Source of the DNA: Alphaproteobacteria bacterium
GTDB lineage: Bacteria; Pseudomonadota; Alphaproteobacteria; Caulobacterales; Caulobacteraceae
Reading direction: 5' to 3'
NCBI GenBank assembly: GCA_003241825.1
Contig: QBLX01000004.1
Location: forward strand, 1 to 47,400
Length of the DNA: 47,400 nt
Each line of letters starts with the position of its first letter. Position 1 is the stretch's first letter. Under the pieces are notes generated by a model. The model searched no databases. It had not been told where the DNA came from and saw only the letters and a list, made by a program, of their open reading frames with translations. This document shows positions 8,556 through 18,564 of this stretch, piece by piece. A program made the position numbers and the translations under genes.

Positions 8556-8946
8556 AGATCGACTCCAGCCGGATGCGCGGCTGAGCCCGGCGCTCCGTCT
8601 CCGCGGCCCGGGCAGGATCCTGCTCGACGCGTCCCAGGCCAGCAGCGGCCCCGACGCTGAGCCGTGGATTCAGCCGGTAATAGGCTCCGGCTTCGACATC
8701 CCCCCAGTCGGAGTCGCGTCCAACAGGCTGGTTGGCATTGAAGTTGAGACCCCAGCGTCCATTCTCGTTCCAGCGCAGGCCGCGGCGAGGAGTCTGGGGC
8801 ACGGAGGCATTTCGTTGGGCAGCGGACGCTTCGGACAGCGAAATGACAGGCGCGCGCGACCGAGTCGTCTGGGCAGCGGCTTCGGCAGCCATGCCCGTCA
8901 GGACAACCGCCCCGACCAGTCCGACAATGTGAAGACGCAGCGACAT
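8545..8946 (-). CDS. ntrZ: NtrZ-family exported regulatory protein
   Basis: Signal peptide (AEAAA-Q); GRWGL, DVEAGAYY, PRLSVG and RLESIFKF; position between cenR/yggS and leuS as recalled for Caulobacter ntrZ. Confidence 0.65.
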   Translation of the reverse strand: MSLRLHIVGLVGAVVLTGMAAEAAAQTTRSRAPVISLSEASAAQRNASVPQTPRRGLRWNENGRWGLNFNANQPVGRDSDWGDVEAGAYYRLNPRLSVGAAAGLGRVEQDPARAAETERRAQPRIRLESIFKF

Positions 8947-9344
8947 TTCCAACCCTTTGGCAGACCCTTCGGGCCCTGCCTAGATACTCAACCCGGTGTA
9001 TGCACCGATGAGCCTGCGATAAGACACCCATCGTACGCGCGGTCAACGCAACGTCGTCCACTGACCCCGGTTCCACAGACTCTGGCCTCTGCCTGTGGCA
9101 CTGGCGTCACGGGATTGGGACGAAATTGGTCCGAACCATGGTCGAGACTGCTGTCAGCGAACGGCAGCCAACAGTATGGAGACGACAAGACACGGTGGCG
9201 TGGTGTGTTGTTCGCCTTGTCATGGCCCCTTTTCACCGTGTTATAGGGTTTCTGCGGCGTGAACCCTCGCGTAGCCTTATCCGTGCCCGACGCACGGCGG
9301 CATGCGTCGGGTGCTCGCCCCGAATGGATACGGAGAATCCCAAG

Positions 9345-9800
9345 ATGGCCCTCAAGAGTGCGTCAGTTCGTGGTGTTGCGATCCTCGCCATCGCATCCGG
9401 CCTGACGCTGTCGGCCTGTAGCAGCCTGCCTTTCGTTGGCGGCCGCGAGGACGCCCGCAAGGTTGATGTGCAGCAAGGCATCGGCGTCAACGGCTATCTG
9501 TGGCGCGCCACGCTAGACACGCTGAGCTTCATGCCGCTGACTACGGCGGACCCGTGGGGCGGGGTGATCAATTACGACTGGTACACCAACCCCCAGACGC
9601 CGAACGAGCGCTTCAAGGCGACAGTTTTCATCCTCGACACGCGCCTTCGCGCCGACGCCCTGAACGTGACGGTCACGAAGGAAATGCGAGATGCTGCCGG
9701 GGGCTGGACGGCCGCTCCGGTTGCTGCCCAGACCGAGACCGACCTGGAAAACGCCATTCTGACCCGCGCACGCCAGCTGAACCTGTCCAACGCCGGCTAG
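9345..9800 (+). CDS. DUF3576-family lipoprotein
   Basis: Lipobox LSA-C; IGVNGYLWRATLDTLSFMPL..ADPWGGVI..DWY; LENAILTRARQL; GGAGA SD. Confidence 0.85.
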   Translation: MALKSASVRGVAILAIASGLTLSACSSLPFVGGREDARKVDVQQGIGVNGYLWRATLDTLSFMPLTTADPWGGVINYDWYTNPQTPNERFKATVFILDTRLRADALNVTVTKEMRDAAGGWTAAPVAAQTETDLENAILTRARQLNLSNAG

Positions 9801-9922
9801 ACGATCCGACTGTCCATGGGCGGTCGGCCGTCGCACGACCGTTCCATTCCACTGATGTTGGCCTTGGCGCCAAGCCCCCGCTCACGTAGCCCGAAGGGCG
9901 ACAGCGCCAGGAAAGTACCGCC

Positions 9923-12514
9923 GTGGCTCGTTACGAACCCAAGACTGCCGAACCTCGCCAGCAGGCCCGCTGGGCGGATGCCGACGCCTTTGTGACGAAG
10001 GATACGGGGCGGCCGAAATATTACGTCCTCGAGATGTTCCCCTACCCTTCCGGCAACATCCATATGGGTCACGCCCGCAACTATGTGATGGGCGACGTGG
10101 TGGCGCGGTCGAAACGTGCGCAGGGGTTCGATGTACTGCACCCCATGGGCTGGGACGCGTTCGGCATGCCGGCCGAGAATGCCGCCATGGAGCGAGGCAT
10201 CCACCCCAAGGGATGGACCTACGACAATATCGCGAACATGCGCGAACAGCTGAAGCTGCTGGGTTTGTCGCTGGACTGGTCGCGCGAGTTCGCCACCTGC
10301 GATCCCGAATACTATGGCCAGCAACAGGCCTGGTTCCTCGAACTGTATCGGCGGGGTCTGGTCTATCGCAAGGACGGCGTCGTCAACTGGGACCCGGTCG
10401 ACAACACCGTTCTTGCCAATGAACAGGTCATCGACGGCAAGGGCTGGCGCTCCGGGGCCCCGGTCGAGAAGCGCAAGCTGAACCAGTGGTTCCTGCGAAT
10501 CACCGACTATGCGGATGATCTGATCGACGGGCTCAAGGAACTGGAAGGCCGCTGGCCCGACAAGGTCCGGCTGATGCAGGAGAACTGGATCGGCAAGAGC
10601 CGCGGAGCAACCGTGTGGTGGGACATGGCCGAGGCTCCCGAAGGCCTGCCGACGTCTCCAGCTGGCAAGCCCGATCACGCGCGCGATCCGATCGAGGTCT
10701 ACACCACCCGCCCCGATACCCTGTTCGGGGCCAGTTTCATCGCCCTGGCACCCGACCACCCCCTGACCAGGACGATTGCCGCCCGTCAGCCAAAGGTCGC
10801 GGCCTTCATGGAAGCCTGCGCCAGCCTCGGGACCAGCGAGGCCGAGATCGAAAAGGCCGAGAAACACGGCGTCGATCTGGGCATGCGAGTGCGCCACCCG
10901 TTCGATCCGCAACGGACCATCCCGGTGTGGAGCGCCAATTTCGTGTTGTCGACCTATGGGTCGGGAGCCATCTTCGGCTGCCCCGCCCATGACCAGCGCG
11001 ATCTCGATTTCGCCCGCAAATATGATCTGCCTGTCATCCCTGTCGTAAAGCCCGACGGCGCAGACGAAACCTTCCAGGTCGGGACCGAAGCCTATGTCGG
11101 ACCCGGTACGGCTTTTCACTCTGCGTTCCTGGATGGCCTGTCGATCGAGGAGGCCAAGGCCGAGGCCATCCGCCGTCTCGAGGCGACGGAACAGGGCGTG
11201 GGGGCAACCATCTATCGTCTGCGCGACTGGGGCGTCAGCCGTCAGCGATACTGGGGCTGCCCGATCCCGATCATCCACTGCCCGAAATGTGGTCCACAAG
11301 AGGTCCCCGGCGACCAACTGCCCGTTGTCCTGCCGGACGATGTCACCTTCGACGTACCCGGCAATCCGCTGGCGCGTCACCCGACGTGGAAGCACGTCAG
11401 ATGTCCGACCTGCGAGATCGACGCGGTTCGCGAGACGGACACGCTTGATACCTTCGTGGACTCCAGCTGGTATTTCGCTCGCTTCACCGATCCGACGTCC
11501 ACGACACCCGTCAACGCCGCCGCTGCGGATCGATGGCTGCCAGTCGACCAGTATATCGGCGGGGTCGAGCATGCAGTGCTGCACCTGCTGTACGCCCGGT
11601 TCATCAGCCGCGCCCTGTCCGACGCCGGTCTGATGAATGTCCGCGAGCCCTTCGCCGGCCTGTTCACCCAGGGGATGGTGGTCCACGAGACCTATCGACG
11701 CGCCGATGGCCAGTGGGTTGAGCCCACGGACGTCGATCTGACGAACGAAGCCGGGAAACGCAGTGCCCGCCAGCTCTCGACGGGTGAGACCTTGATCATC
11801 GGCGACATCGAAAAGATGTCAAAGTCCAAGAAGAACGTCGTGGCACCGCAGGAAATCCTGTCGACCCATGGTGTCGATGCCGGTCGACTGTTCGTCCTTT
11901 CCGACAGCCCGCCCGAGCGCGATGTGCAGTGGACACCGGGCGGCGTCGAGGGGGCGAGTCGTTTCGTCCAGCGCGCCTGGGCTCTGTTCGACGGCTTCGA
12001 GGCCTCTGCTCCGGCCAATCCTGACGTCGATGCCGCTCTGACACGCGAAACCCACAAGGCGATCAAGGCCGTGACCGAAGGGGTAGCTGGCTTCCGCTTC
12101 AACTCGGCGATCGCCAAACTCTATGCCTTCGTCGCGACGGTAAGGGATCACGACCAGGCGAGCGGTGCAGTCCGTAGCGAAGCCTTATCCGCCCTCGCAC
12201 GCCTGATTGCCCCCTTCACACCGCATCTGGCCGAAGAATGCTGGACGTCGCTGGGCCATCCGGGTCTTGTACTTGATGCTCCGTGGCCAGAGTGGGATCC
12301 GGCCCTCGCCGCTGACGACGAGATCGTCCTGCCGATACAGATCAGTGGGAAGCGACGCGGTGAAATCACCATGCCCCGGGGTTCGGACCCCATGGCGGTC
12401 GAGGACGCCGCCCTCGCCAATCCCCAGGTTCAGGCCTATCTTTCGAGCAATGGCCTGTCGGTCCGAAAGGTGATCATCGTGCCCGATCGCATCGTCAATC
12501 TGGTGGCCAACTGA
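9923..12514 (+). CDS. leuS: Leucine--tRNA ligase
   Basis: MFPYPSG.IHMGH (HIGH), YTTRPDT editing domain, RQRYWG, KMSKS; GTG start. Confidence 0.98.
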   Translation: MARYEPKTAEPRQQARWADADAFVTKDTGRPKYYVLEMFPYPSGNIHMGHARNYVMGDVVARSKRAQGFDVLHPMGWDAFGMPAENAAMERGIHPKGWTYDNIANMREQLKLLGLSLDWSREFATCDPEYYGQQQAWFLELYRRGLVYRKDGVVNWDPVDNTVLANEQVIDGKGWRSGAPVEKRKLNQWFLRITDYADDLIDGLKELEGRWPDKVRLMQENWIGKSRGATVWWDMAEAPEGLPTSPAGKPDHARDPIEVYTTRPDTLFGASFIALAPDHPLTRTIAARQPKVAAFMEACASLGTSEAEIEKAEKHGVDLGMRVRHPFDPQRTIPVWSANFVLSTYGSGAIFGCPAHDQRDLDFARKYDLPVIPVVKPDGADETFQVGTEAYVGPGTAFHSAFLDGLSIEEAKAEAIRRLEATEQGVGATIYRLRDWGVSRQRYWGCPIPIIHCPKCGPQEVPGDQLPVVLPDDVTFDVPGNPLARHPTWKHVRCPTCEIDAVRETDTLDTFVDSSWYFARFTDPTSTTPVNAAAADRWLPVDQYIGGVEHAVLHLLYARFISRALSDAGLMNVREPFAGLFTQGMVVHETYRRADGQWVEPTDVDLTNEAGKRSARQLSTGETLIIGDIEKMSKSKKNVVAPQEILSTHGVDAGRLFVLSDSPPERDVQWTPGGVEGASRFVQRAWALFDGFEASAPANPDVDAALTRETHKAIKAVTEGVAGFRFNSAIAKLYAFVATVRDHDQASGAVRSEALSALARLIAPFTPHLAEECWTSLGHPGLVLDAPWPEWDPALAADDEIVLPIQISGKRRGEITMPRGSDPMAVEDAALANPQVQAYLSSNGLSVRKVIIVPDRIVNLVAN

Positions 12515-13008
12515 TGACACAGGCAAGGGCCCGGCTGACGTTAGCAGGTGCAGTCCTTGCGGCCGGCTTGCTGGCGGGTTGTGGGTTCACCCCGCTTTAC
12601 GGCGCTGCAGCGGGGTCGCCTGCCCTTTCACGAATCGCGGTCCAGACCCAGGACGACCGTCTTGGCTATCGGCTGAGGGAGCAACTCGAGGATGCTCTCG
12701 GCTGGGATCGCGGCACGGCACCCCTCTATCGGTTACAGACACAGATCGAGCAGAGCCGCCGCCCACTGGGTCGCAGGATCGACGACACCGCGACGCGTTA
12801 CGAACTGACGGTCAGGGCCGCGTGGGTGCTCACCCCCGTCGCTGGTGGCGTTCCGCTGTCTGGCGTGGAAACGGCGATCCTGACCTATGCCGCTGCCGAT
12901 CAGCCCTATGCGGCGATCGCGGCTCAGCAGGATGGCGAGGATCGGGCAGCAGCGGAGCTCTCACGTCTGATCCGCATCGATATTCTGCGAGCCCTTTCGA
13001 CGTCGTGA
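12514..13008 (+). CDS. lptE: LPS assembly lipoprotein LptE
   Basis: LAG-C-GFTPLY lipobox; conserved leuS-lptE-holA order. Confidence 0.88.
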   Translation: MTQARARLTLAGAVLAAGLLAGCGFTPLYGAAAGSPALSRIAVQTQDDRLGYRLREQLEDALGWDRGTAPLYRLQTQIEQSRRPLGRRIDDTATRYELTVRAAWVLTPVAGGVPLSGVETAILTYAAADQPYAAIAAQQDGEDRAAAELSRLIRIDILRALSTS

Positions 13009-13015
13009 GGGCAAC

Positions 13016-14068
13016 ATGATCCTTGCCAAACGTCCCGAGATCGATCGCTTTCTGGTACGGCCCGACCCCGGCATTCGAGCTGTCGTCATCCATGGCAAGG
13101 ACCGGTCAGGTGTCTCCGAACGCGCCGTGACCCTGTGCAGGACCATCACGCCCGACCTGAACGACCCGTTCAACGTCTCCTCCCTTACCGACAGTGACAT
13201 CGACGGCGACCCGGCGAGGCTCGAAGACGCCCTCACGGCGCTCAGCATGATCGGGGGACGGCGTCTGGTGCGCGTGCGTCTGTCCTCGGAGAAGCAGTCA
13301 ATCGACAAGATGCTCGCGGCGGCGGTGAAGGTCCATGCCGAGGGGGGCTATAACCCCGACGCCATGCTGGTGATCGAAGCGGGAGCCCTTGGCCGGGATT
13401 CCGCCCTGCGCAAGGCCGCCGAAGCCGGCAAGGGCTCAGCGGCTATCGTCTGCTACGAGGACGAAACCGGCGACGTTGCGCGCATGACCCGCGACGCGCT
13501 GGCGGCGGACAAGGTTGGACTGACATCCGACGCTCTGGACCGGTTCGTGGCTCGCTTGCCGCGCGAGCGTGGGCTTATGCGGCAGGAGATTGAACGACTG
13601 GCTCTGTATATCGGCCCTGGCTCCGGCCGGTCGATTGACGTCGACGAACTGGATTTGCATCTCGGTGTCGAGCCTGACGCTTCGCTGCAGGACGCTGCAC
13701 TGCAGGCTTTCGGCGGCCGGGCGGGCCCTGCCCAGTCCGGCCTCAGGCGTGCCTTCGCCGAAGGTGAGTCTTCCGTCATGGCCGTTCGCCAGGCCTCCAT
13801 TCATCTCGGAAAGCTGAAACGGATCAGTATCTTGCAAGCCAATGGGGCTGGAGCCAAGGAAGCGGCAAAGGCCGCCGGCGTGTTCTGGAAGCAGGAAACC
13901 GAAATGCTGCGTCAGGCCCGGGCCTGGCGGCTCGCGGACCTGGACACCGTTCTCGACAGTGTGAATACGGCCGACGTCGCCACCAAGACGACCGGTATGC
14001 CTGACCAGTTGATTGCCGAGCGGTTGATCCTGGAAATATCCGCCAGAGCACGTCGGCTGGGGCTGTAA
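13016..14068 (+). CDS. holA: DNA polymerase III delta subunit
   Basis: SMIGGRRLVRV, EIERLALY, GVFWK motifs; synteny with leuS-lptE. Confidence 0.92.
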   Translation: MILAKRPEIDRFLVRPDPGIRAVVIHGKDRSGVSERAVTLCRTITPDLNDPFNVSSLTDSDIDGDPARLEDALTALSMIGGRRLVRVRLSSEKQSIDKMLAAAVKVHAEGGYNPDAMLVIEAGALGRDSALRKAAEAGKGSAAIVCYEDETGDVARMTRDALAADKVGLTSDALDRFVARLPRERGLMRQEIERLALYIGPGSGRSIDVDELDLHLGVEPDASLQDAALQAFGGRAGPAQSGLRRAFAEGESSVMAVRQASIHLGKLKRISILQANGAGAKEAAKAAGVFWKQETEMLRQARAWRLADLDTVLDSVNTADVATKTTGMPDQLIAERLILEISARARRLGL

Positions 14069-14086
14069 CGCAAACGACCGAAGGTG

Positions 14087-14263
14087 TCAGCCGCGCTTTG
14101 ACGCCTTGCGGAAGGCAGGCTTGGCCAGTGCAGCGCTCTTGGCGGCCACAGCCCGTTCCTCGGTCTTGCCACCGCCCATGCCGGAATGGGCTGGCGATGC
14201 GGCGTTCTTGGCCGCCAGCACGCGTTTCAGGGCTTCAGCGGCGGTTTCAGTCTTGTCTGTCAT
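14087..14263 (-). CDS. Small basic Ala/Lys-rich hypothetical protein (58 aa)
   Basis: ORF fills the holA-parB gap; ATG preceded by a -10-like TACTGT 6 nt upstream. Confidence 0.55.
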   Translation of the reverse strand: MTDKTETAAEALKRVLAAKNAASPAHSGMGGGKTEERAVAAKSAALAKPAFRKASKRG

Positions 14264-14289
14264 GTCTGCACAGTAGCACAAAAAACCGA

Positions 14290-15180
14290 TCACGGCTTCA
14301 TCAGCCGGTGACAGAGGTCATCCAGTTGCTCAAGCGAGGCATAGGTCAGGGTCAAATCGCCCTTTGAACCGCGATCGACGAGCGATACCTTCAACCCAAG
14401 CGCATCAGCCAGATCCTGCTCGAGTGCTGCGATATCGGGCGATGAGGCGGCATCAAGCGCAGACTTGCCCTTCCTGCCCGATTTTCTAGGCCCTTCAGCG
14501 GCCTGACGCGCCAGACGCTCGACCTGCCGCACATTCAGACCCTCTCGCTCGGCCTGCTGCGCGAGGGCGACGGGATCCGGCGCCGTGATCATCGCCCTGG
14601 CATGACCGGCGCTCAGCTTGCCATGCCGCACGAACCACAACACCTCCTCCGGCAACTGCAGCAGCCGAAGGGTGTTGGCGACGTGACTGCGTGACTTGCC
14701 GACGATCCCCGCCACGGCATCCTGTGTCCGGCCGAACCGTTCCATCAGCATCCGATAGGCGTCAGCCTCCTCTAGGGGATTGAGATCAGCACGCTGTACG
14801 TTTTCGATGATGGCCACTTCGAACACAGCGAGATCGTCCATTTCGTTGACGATCACCGGCACCTCGGTCAGGCGGGCGATCTGGGACGCCCGCCAGCGAC
14901 GCTCCCCGGCGATGATCTGCCATGTCCCGTCACCGTTTGGCTGCGACCTGACAAGGATGGGCTGCAGCACCCCCTTGTCCCGTATTGAGGTCGCAAGTTC
15001 TTCCAGATCCTCGCGCAGGAATGTCTTGCGAGGCTGGTCAGGGTTCGGGTGCACGGTTTCGATGGGTACCAGAGTCACGCCTGTGGGCATCGGCCCGGTA
15101 GCCGCAACCGGAGCAGCATCGACCTGTTCCCCCAACAGGGCTGAAAGACCGCGACCCAGGCCTCTTTGACGTTCCGACAT
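14290..15180 (-). CDS. parB: Chromosome partitioning protein ParB
   Basis: N-terminal LGRGL ParA-interaction peptide, NPDQPR, GERRWRA CTP-binding motif, ENVQRADL, HTH with GKSRSHVAN. Confidence 0.97.
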   Translation of the reverse strand: MSERQRGLGRGLSALLGEQVDAAPVAATGPMPTGVTLVPIETVHPNPDQPRKTFLREDLEELATSIRDKGVLQPILVRSQPNGDGTWQIIAGERRWRASQIARLTEVPVIVNEMDDLAVFEVAIIENVQRADLNPLEEADAYRMLMERFGRTQDAVAGIVGKSRSHVANTLRLLQLPEEVLWFVRHGKLSAGHARAMITAPDPVALAQQAEREGLNVRQVERLARQAAEGPRKSGRKGKSALDAASSPDIAALEQDLADALGLKVSLVDRGSKGDLTLTYASLEQLDDLCHRLMKP

Positions 15181-15190
15181 TGGTGTTCCT

Positions 15191-16006
15191 TCAGGCGGCA
15201 ATCTTGGCACGGCGATGACGTTCGCGAGCGACCACTTCCTTGGCAAGGCGCAGATAGGCCTGGCTGCCAGTACATTTCAGGTCATAGATCAGTACGGGCT
15301 TACCGAACGAAGGTGCCTCGGAAACCCTGACATTCCGGGGGATGACGGCCTCATAGACCTTTTCACCGAAATGCTGCCTGACATCAGCCGACACCTGTCC
15401 GGAAAGCGCGTTTCTACGGTCGTACATCGTCAGAACGAGCCCCTGGATCTCGAGCGCAGGGTTCAGGCTTTGGCGGACCATTTCGATGGTCTTCATCAGC
15501 TGGGTGAGCCCCTCCAGGGCAAAGAACTCGCACTGCAACGGCACAAGCACACCATCAGCGGCACTCATCGCATTGAGCGTCAGCAGATTGAGGGAGGGCG
15601 GGCAGTCGATGAGAACGTAGTCATACCGAGGCTTTCCCGTGCTGCCCTGAAGCGCCAGCGCGTCCCGAAGGCGATAAGAGCGCCTGTCCGCCTGACTGAG
15701 CTCGATCTCAACGCCGGACATGTCGGCGTCAGCAGGAATGATGTGGAGACCGGGTACGGCCGTTTCGACAGCAGCGTCATCCACGGAACGACCGTCAACG
15801 ATCACGTCGTAGATCGTGATGCGGCGTGTTTCACGTGGAACACCCAAACCCGTCGAGGCATTGCCCTGCGGGTCCATATCGACCAGCAGGACGCGTTCGC
15901 CAATGGCGGCAAGCGCTGTGCCAAGGTTGATCGCCGTCGTGGTCTTTCCCACTCCACCCTTCTGGTTGGAGACGGCAAGAATACGTGTGGCCTTGTCAGC
16001 GGGCAT
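15191..16006 (-). CDS. parA: Chromosome partitioning ATPase ParA
   Basis: Deviant Walker A NQKGGVGKTT, DPQGN, IDCPP, EAPSFG. Confidence 0.97.
   Translation of the reverse strand: MPADKATRILAVSNQKGGVGKTTTAINLGTALAAIGERVLLVDMDPQGNASTGLGVPRETRRITIYDVIVDGRSVDDAAVETAVPGLHIIPADADMSGVEIELSQADRRSYRLRDALALQGSTGKPRYDYVLIDCPPSLNLLTLNAMSAADGVLVPLQCEFFALEGLTQLMKTIEMVRQSLNPALEIQGLVLTMYDRRNALSGQVSADVRQHFGEKVYEAVIPRNVRVSEAPSFGKPVLIYDLKCTGSQAYLRLAKEVVARERHRRAKIAA
15827..15842. promoter_or_regulatory. parS site inside the parA coding sequence
   Basis: TGTTTCACGTGGAACA matches the chromosomal parS consensus TGTTNCACGTGAAACA (fully when read on the minus strand). Confidence 0.85.
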
Positions 16007-16616
16007 GGAGGCTCCGGACGGACACGATGCGCCCACGGGGGTCGCTTCGCGAAATGGAAAGATCAGCCTCAAACGACCAGGATGCCCAGGCCGTCTGCAG
16101 TTCCATTTCGGCTTTTTCACCCTTGAGGAACAGCCCCTGCGCTCCCCGTGTCAAATACGGCTGTGCGTAACCCAGCAACTTATCCATAGGGGCAAGGGCG
16201 CGTGCCGTTACAACGTCCACCCGGAGCTTCTGGGCCTCAGCCCGCCCGTGGATGACGGTGCAGGGAAGTCCCAGAAGGTCGACGACCTCCTGCAGAAACC
16301 GGCAGCGTTTGCCCAGGCTATCGATCAGCCAGACATGCGAGTCCGGGCGACCCTTCATCAGGATTGCGAGAACGAGGCCCGGGAAGCCGGCCCCCGCTCC
16401 GAGATCCGCCCAGGTCACGGCCCGGGGAGCATGATCAAGCAGTTGGGCCGAATCCAGAACATGTCGGGTCCAGTACTCGCCCAGACTGTCAGGCCCGACG
16501 AGGTTCATCACCGCGTTGGCTTCCGTCAGCCGGTCCAGCAGGGTCTGAAGGTCTGCCAGCTGTTCAGGCGTTGCACCGATCTCGTGCTGGAACGCCACCT
16601 TGGCATCGATCGCCAT
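15996..16616 (-). CDS. rsmG: 16S rRNA m7G527 methyltransferase RsmG (GidB)
   Basis: MNLV, RHVLDSAQL, DLGAGAGFPG, VTARALA, LFLKG motifs. Confidence 0.95.
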   Translation of the reverse strand: MAIDAKVAFQHEIGATPEQLADLQTLLDRLTEANAVMNLVGPDSLGEYWTRHVLDSAQLLDHAPRAVTWADLGAGAGFPGLVLAILMKGRPDSHVWLIDSLGKRCRFLQEVVDLLGLPCTVIHGRAEAQKLRVDVVTARALAPMDKLLGYAQPYLTRGAQGLFLKGEKAEMELQTAWASWSFEADLSISRSDPRGRIVSVRSLHAR

Positions 16617-18490
16617 CAGGCGGCGACCGCAGAAGGACGGTTCCGTTTCACGTGCGCCAATAGCGCGGTCAGCGCTCCCGGAGTAATCCCTTCTATCCTG
16701 CCAGCCTGCCCAAGGGTCGACGGGCGCACCAGGCTCAGCTTCTCACGCGCTTCATTCGACAGCCCACCGATCGTCGCAAAGTCCAGATCCTGTGGCAGCA
16801 TCAGCTCTCCCTCACGACGCAGCCCTTCGGCATCAGCCGTCTGGCGCTCAAGGTAGCCGGCATAGCCCGCATCAATCTCTACCTGTTCGCGAACGTCTCC
16901 GGCCCATGTTCCAATGACGGGGTAGGCAGCGGTAAAGGCAGCCAGGTCCACACCCGGGTAGGCAAGCAGGTCTCTCATCGAGCGCCGCTGACCGTCCGCA
17001 TTGACCGGTATGCCGAGGGCTGCCGCTTCCTTGGGCGTAAAGCGTATCTCGCGGACCAGCTCTGCCGCTGCCGCGAGTTGGGACGCTTTTTCCCCAAACC
17101 GGGCCAACCGAACAGTCGAGATGATCCCCGCAGCTGCAGCCAAGGGCGTCAATCGTTGATCAGCATTGTCGGCCCGCAGAATCAATCTGTACTCGGCCCG
17201 GCTGGTGAACACCCGGTATGGCTCGGTCACACCGCGTGTGACCAGGTCGTCGATCATAACGCCGATATAAGCCGGGTCCCGCCGCAGAATGATCGGGTCG
17301 CTGCCAGCGGCTGCGCGCGCAGCATTGAGGCCGGCCATGAGGCCCTGCGCTGCTGCCTCCTCATAGCCCGTGGTACCGTTGATCTGGCCCGCGAGATAGA
17401 GGCCGGGTCGTTTCTTGACTTCAAGCGAAAGGTTCAGCTCCCGCGGGTCGACATAGTCATACTCGATCGCATACCCGAAACGGAAAACCTCTACAGATCC
17501 GAGACCAGGCATGGTTCGAAGGAATGCCATCTGGGTGTCGGCCGATACCGATGTCGAAATCCCGTTTGGATAGACCGTCGGGTCATCCAGCCCCTCGGGC
17601 TCAAGGAACACCTGGTGGGCGGTCTTGTCCGCAAACCGAACGACTTTATCCTCGATCGAAGGACAGTAACGCGGACCGCGCCCGGTCAGATGCCCGCCAT
17701 AAACAGCACTCTCGCCTATGTTCTGGGCAATGATCCGGTGGGTTTCGGCATTGGTTGATGTGATGCCACACGCGATCTGCGGCACATCAATCCGGTCAGT
17801 CAGGAAGCTGAAGGGCACAGGTTCGGCGTCAGCGGCCTGCATCTCCAGGTCACCCCAAATGATCGTTCTGCCATCGAGCCGGGCTGGCGTCCCGGTCTTG
17901 AGCCGCCCCATAGCCAACCCTGCGCCATAGAGATCGGCAGCCATTCCGGTCGAGGGCGCCTCACCATATCGGCCCGCCGGTGTCCGTTCCTGACCGCGGT
18001 GAATCACGCCATTGAGAAACGTGCCTGTCGTCAGAACGACGGCCGCAGCCCTGAGCACTGTTCCGTCGCCCGTTGTGACGCCAACCACCCGTTCACCGGA
18101 AAGAACGAGGCCCTCGGCAGTTCCGGCCAACAGAACCAGGGTGGGAGTCTGTGCCAACTCGGCCTGCATAGCTTCACGATACAGGCGGCGATCGATCTGG
18201 CTGCGCGGACCACGTACCGCCGCTCCCTTTGATCGGTTGAGGAGCCGGAACTGGATGCCGGAAACGTCCGCCAGTCGGCCCATGACCCCATCCATGGCAT
18301 CGATCTCGCGCACCAGATGACCCTTGCCCAAGCCGCCGATGGCCGGATTGCAGGACATCTCGCCTACCGTTTCCAGCTTCTGGGTAAGCAGGAGTGTCCG
18401 CGCGCCCGTGCGGGCAGAAGCGGCCGCGGCCTCACAGCCGGCGTGTCCGCCGCCGATCACGATCACATCAAAGGAGTGGAGAGAGAGCAT
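16616..18490 (-). CDS. mnmG: tRNA U34 modification enzyme MnmG (GidA)
   Basis: [53 protein letters not shown]. Confidence 0.97.
   Translation of the reverse strand: MLSLHSFDVIVIGGGHAGCEAAAASARTGARTLLLTQKLETVGEMSCNPAIGGLGKGHLVREIDAMDGVMGRLADVSGIQFRLLNRSKGAAVRGPRSQIDRRLYREAMQAELAQTPTLVLLAGTAEGLVLSGERVVGVTTGDGTVLRAAAVVLTTGTFLNGVIHRGQERTPAGRYGEAPSTGMAADLYGAGLAMGRLKTGTPARLDGRTIIWGDLEMQAADAEPVPFSFLTDRIDVPQIACGITSTNAETHRIIAQNIGESAVYGGHLTGRGPRYCPSIEDKVVRFADKTAHQVFLEPEGLDDPTVYPNGISTSVSADTQMAFLRTMPGLGSVEVFRFGYAIEYDYVDPRELNLSLEVKKRPGLYLAGQINGTTGYEEAAAQGLMAGLNAARAAAGSDPIILRRDPAYIGVMIDDLVTRGVTEPYRVFTSRAEYRLILRADNADQRLTPLAAAAGIISTVRLARFGEKASQLAAAAELVREIRFTPKEAAALGIPVNADGQRRSMRDLLAYPGVDLAAFTAAYPVIGTWAGDVREQVEIDAGYAGYLERQTADAEGLRREGELMLPQDLDFATIGGLSNEAREKLSLVRPSTLGQAGRIEGITPGALTALLAHVKRNRPSAVAA
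16644..16659. promoter_or_regulatory. Degenerate parS-like site at the 3' end of mnmG
   Basis: CGTTTCACGTGCGCCA: one half-site intact, the other degenerate. Confidence 0.3.
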
Positions 18491-18534
18491 CCGGGCGTCA
18501 TAGTCGAAAGGGAGCAGAATTTCCACGCTGGCGA

Positions 18535-18550
18535 TGTTTCACGTGAAACG
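18535..18550. promoter_or_regulatory. parS site between mnmE and mnmG
   Basis: TGTTTCACGTGAAACG, 15/16 match to consensus. Confidence 0.92.
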
Positions 18551-18564
18551 AGGTCTACGCTGCT

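Noticed and set aside
9801-9922. Hairpin upstream of leuS as a T-box or attenuator
   Set aside because: The region is too short and has no T-box consensus or Leu-rich leader peptide.
9797-11686. 629-aa ORF antisense to leuS, and similar long antisense ORFs over parA, hemE, acnA (33619-34860) and dinG
   Set aside because: These are typical shadow frames of GC-rich coding sequence, with no recognisable motifs or translation signals.
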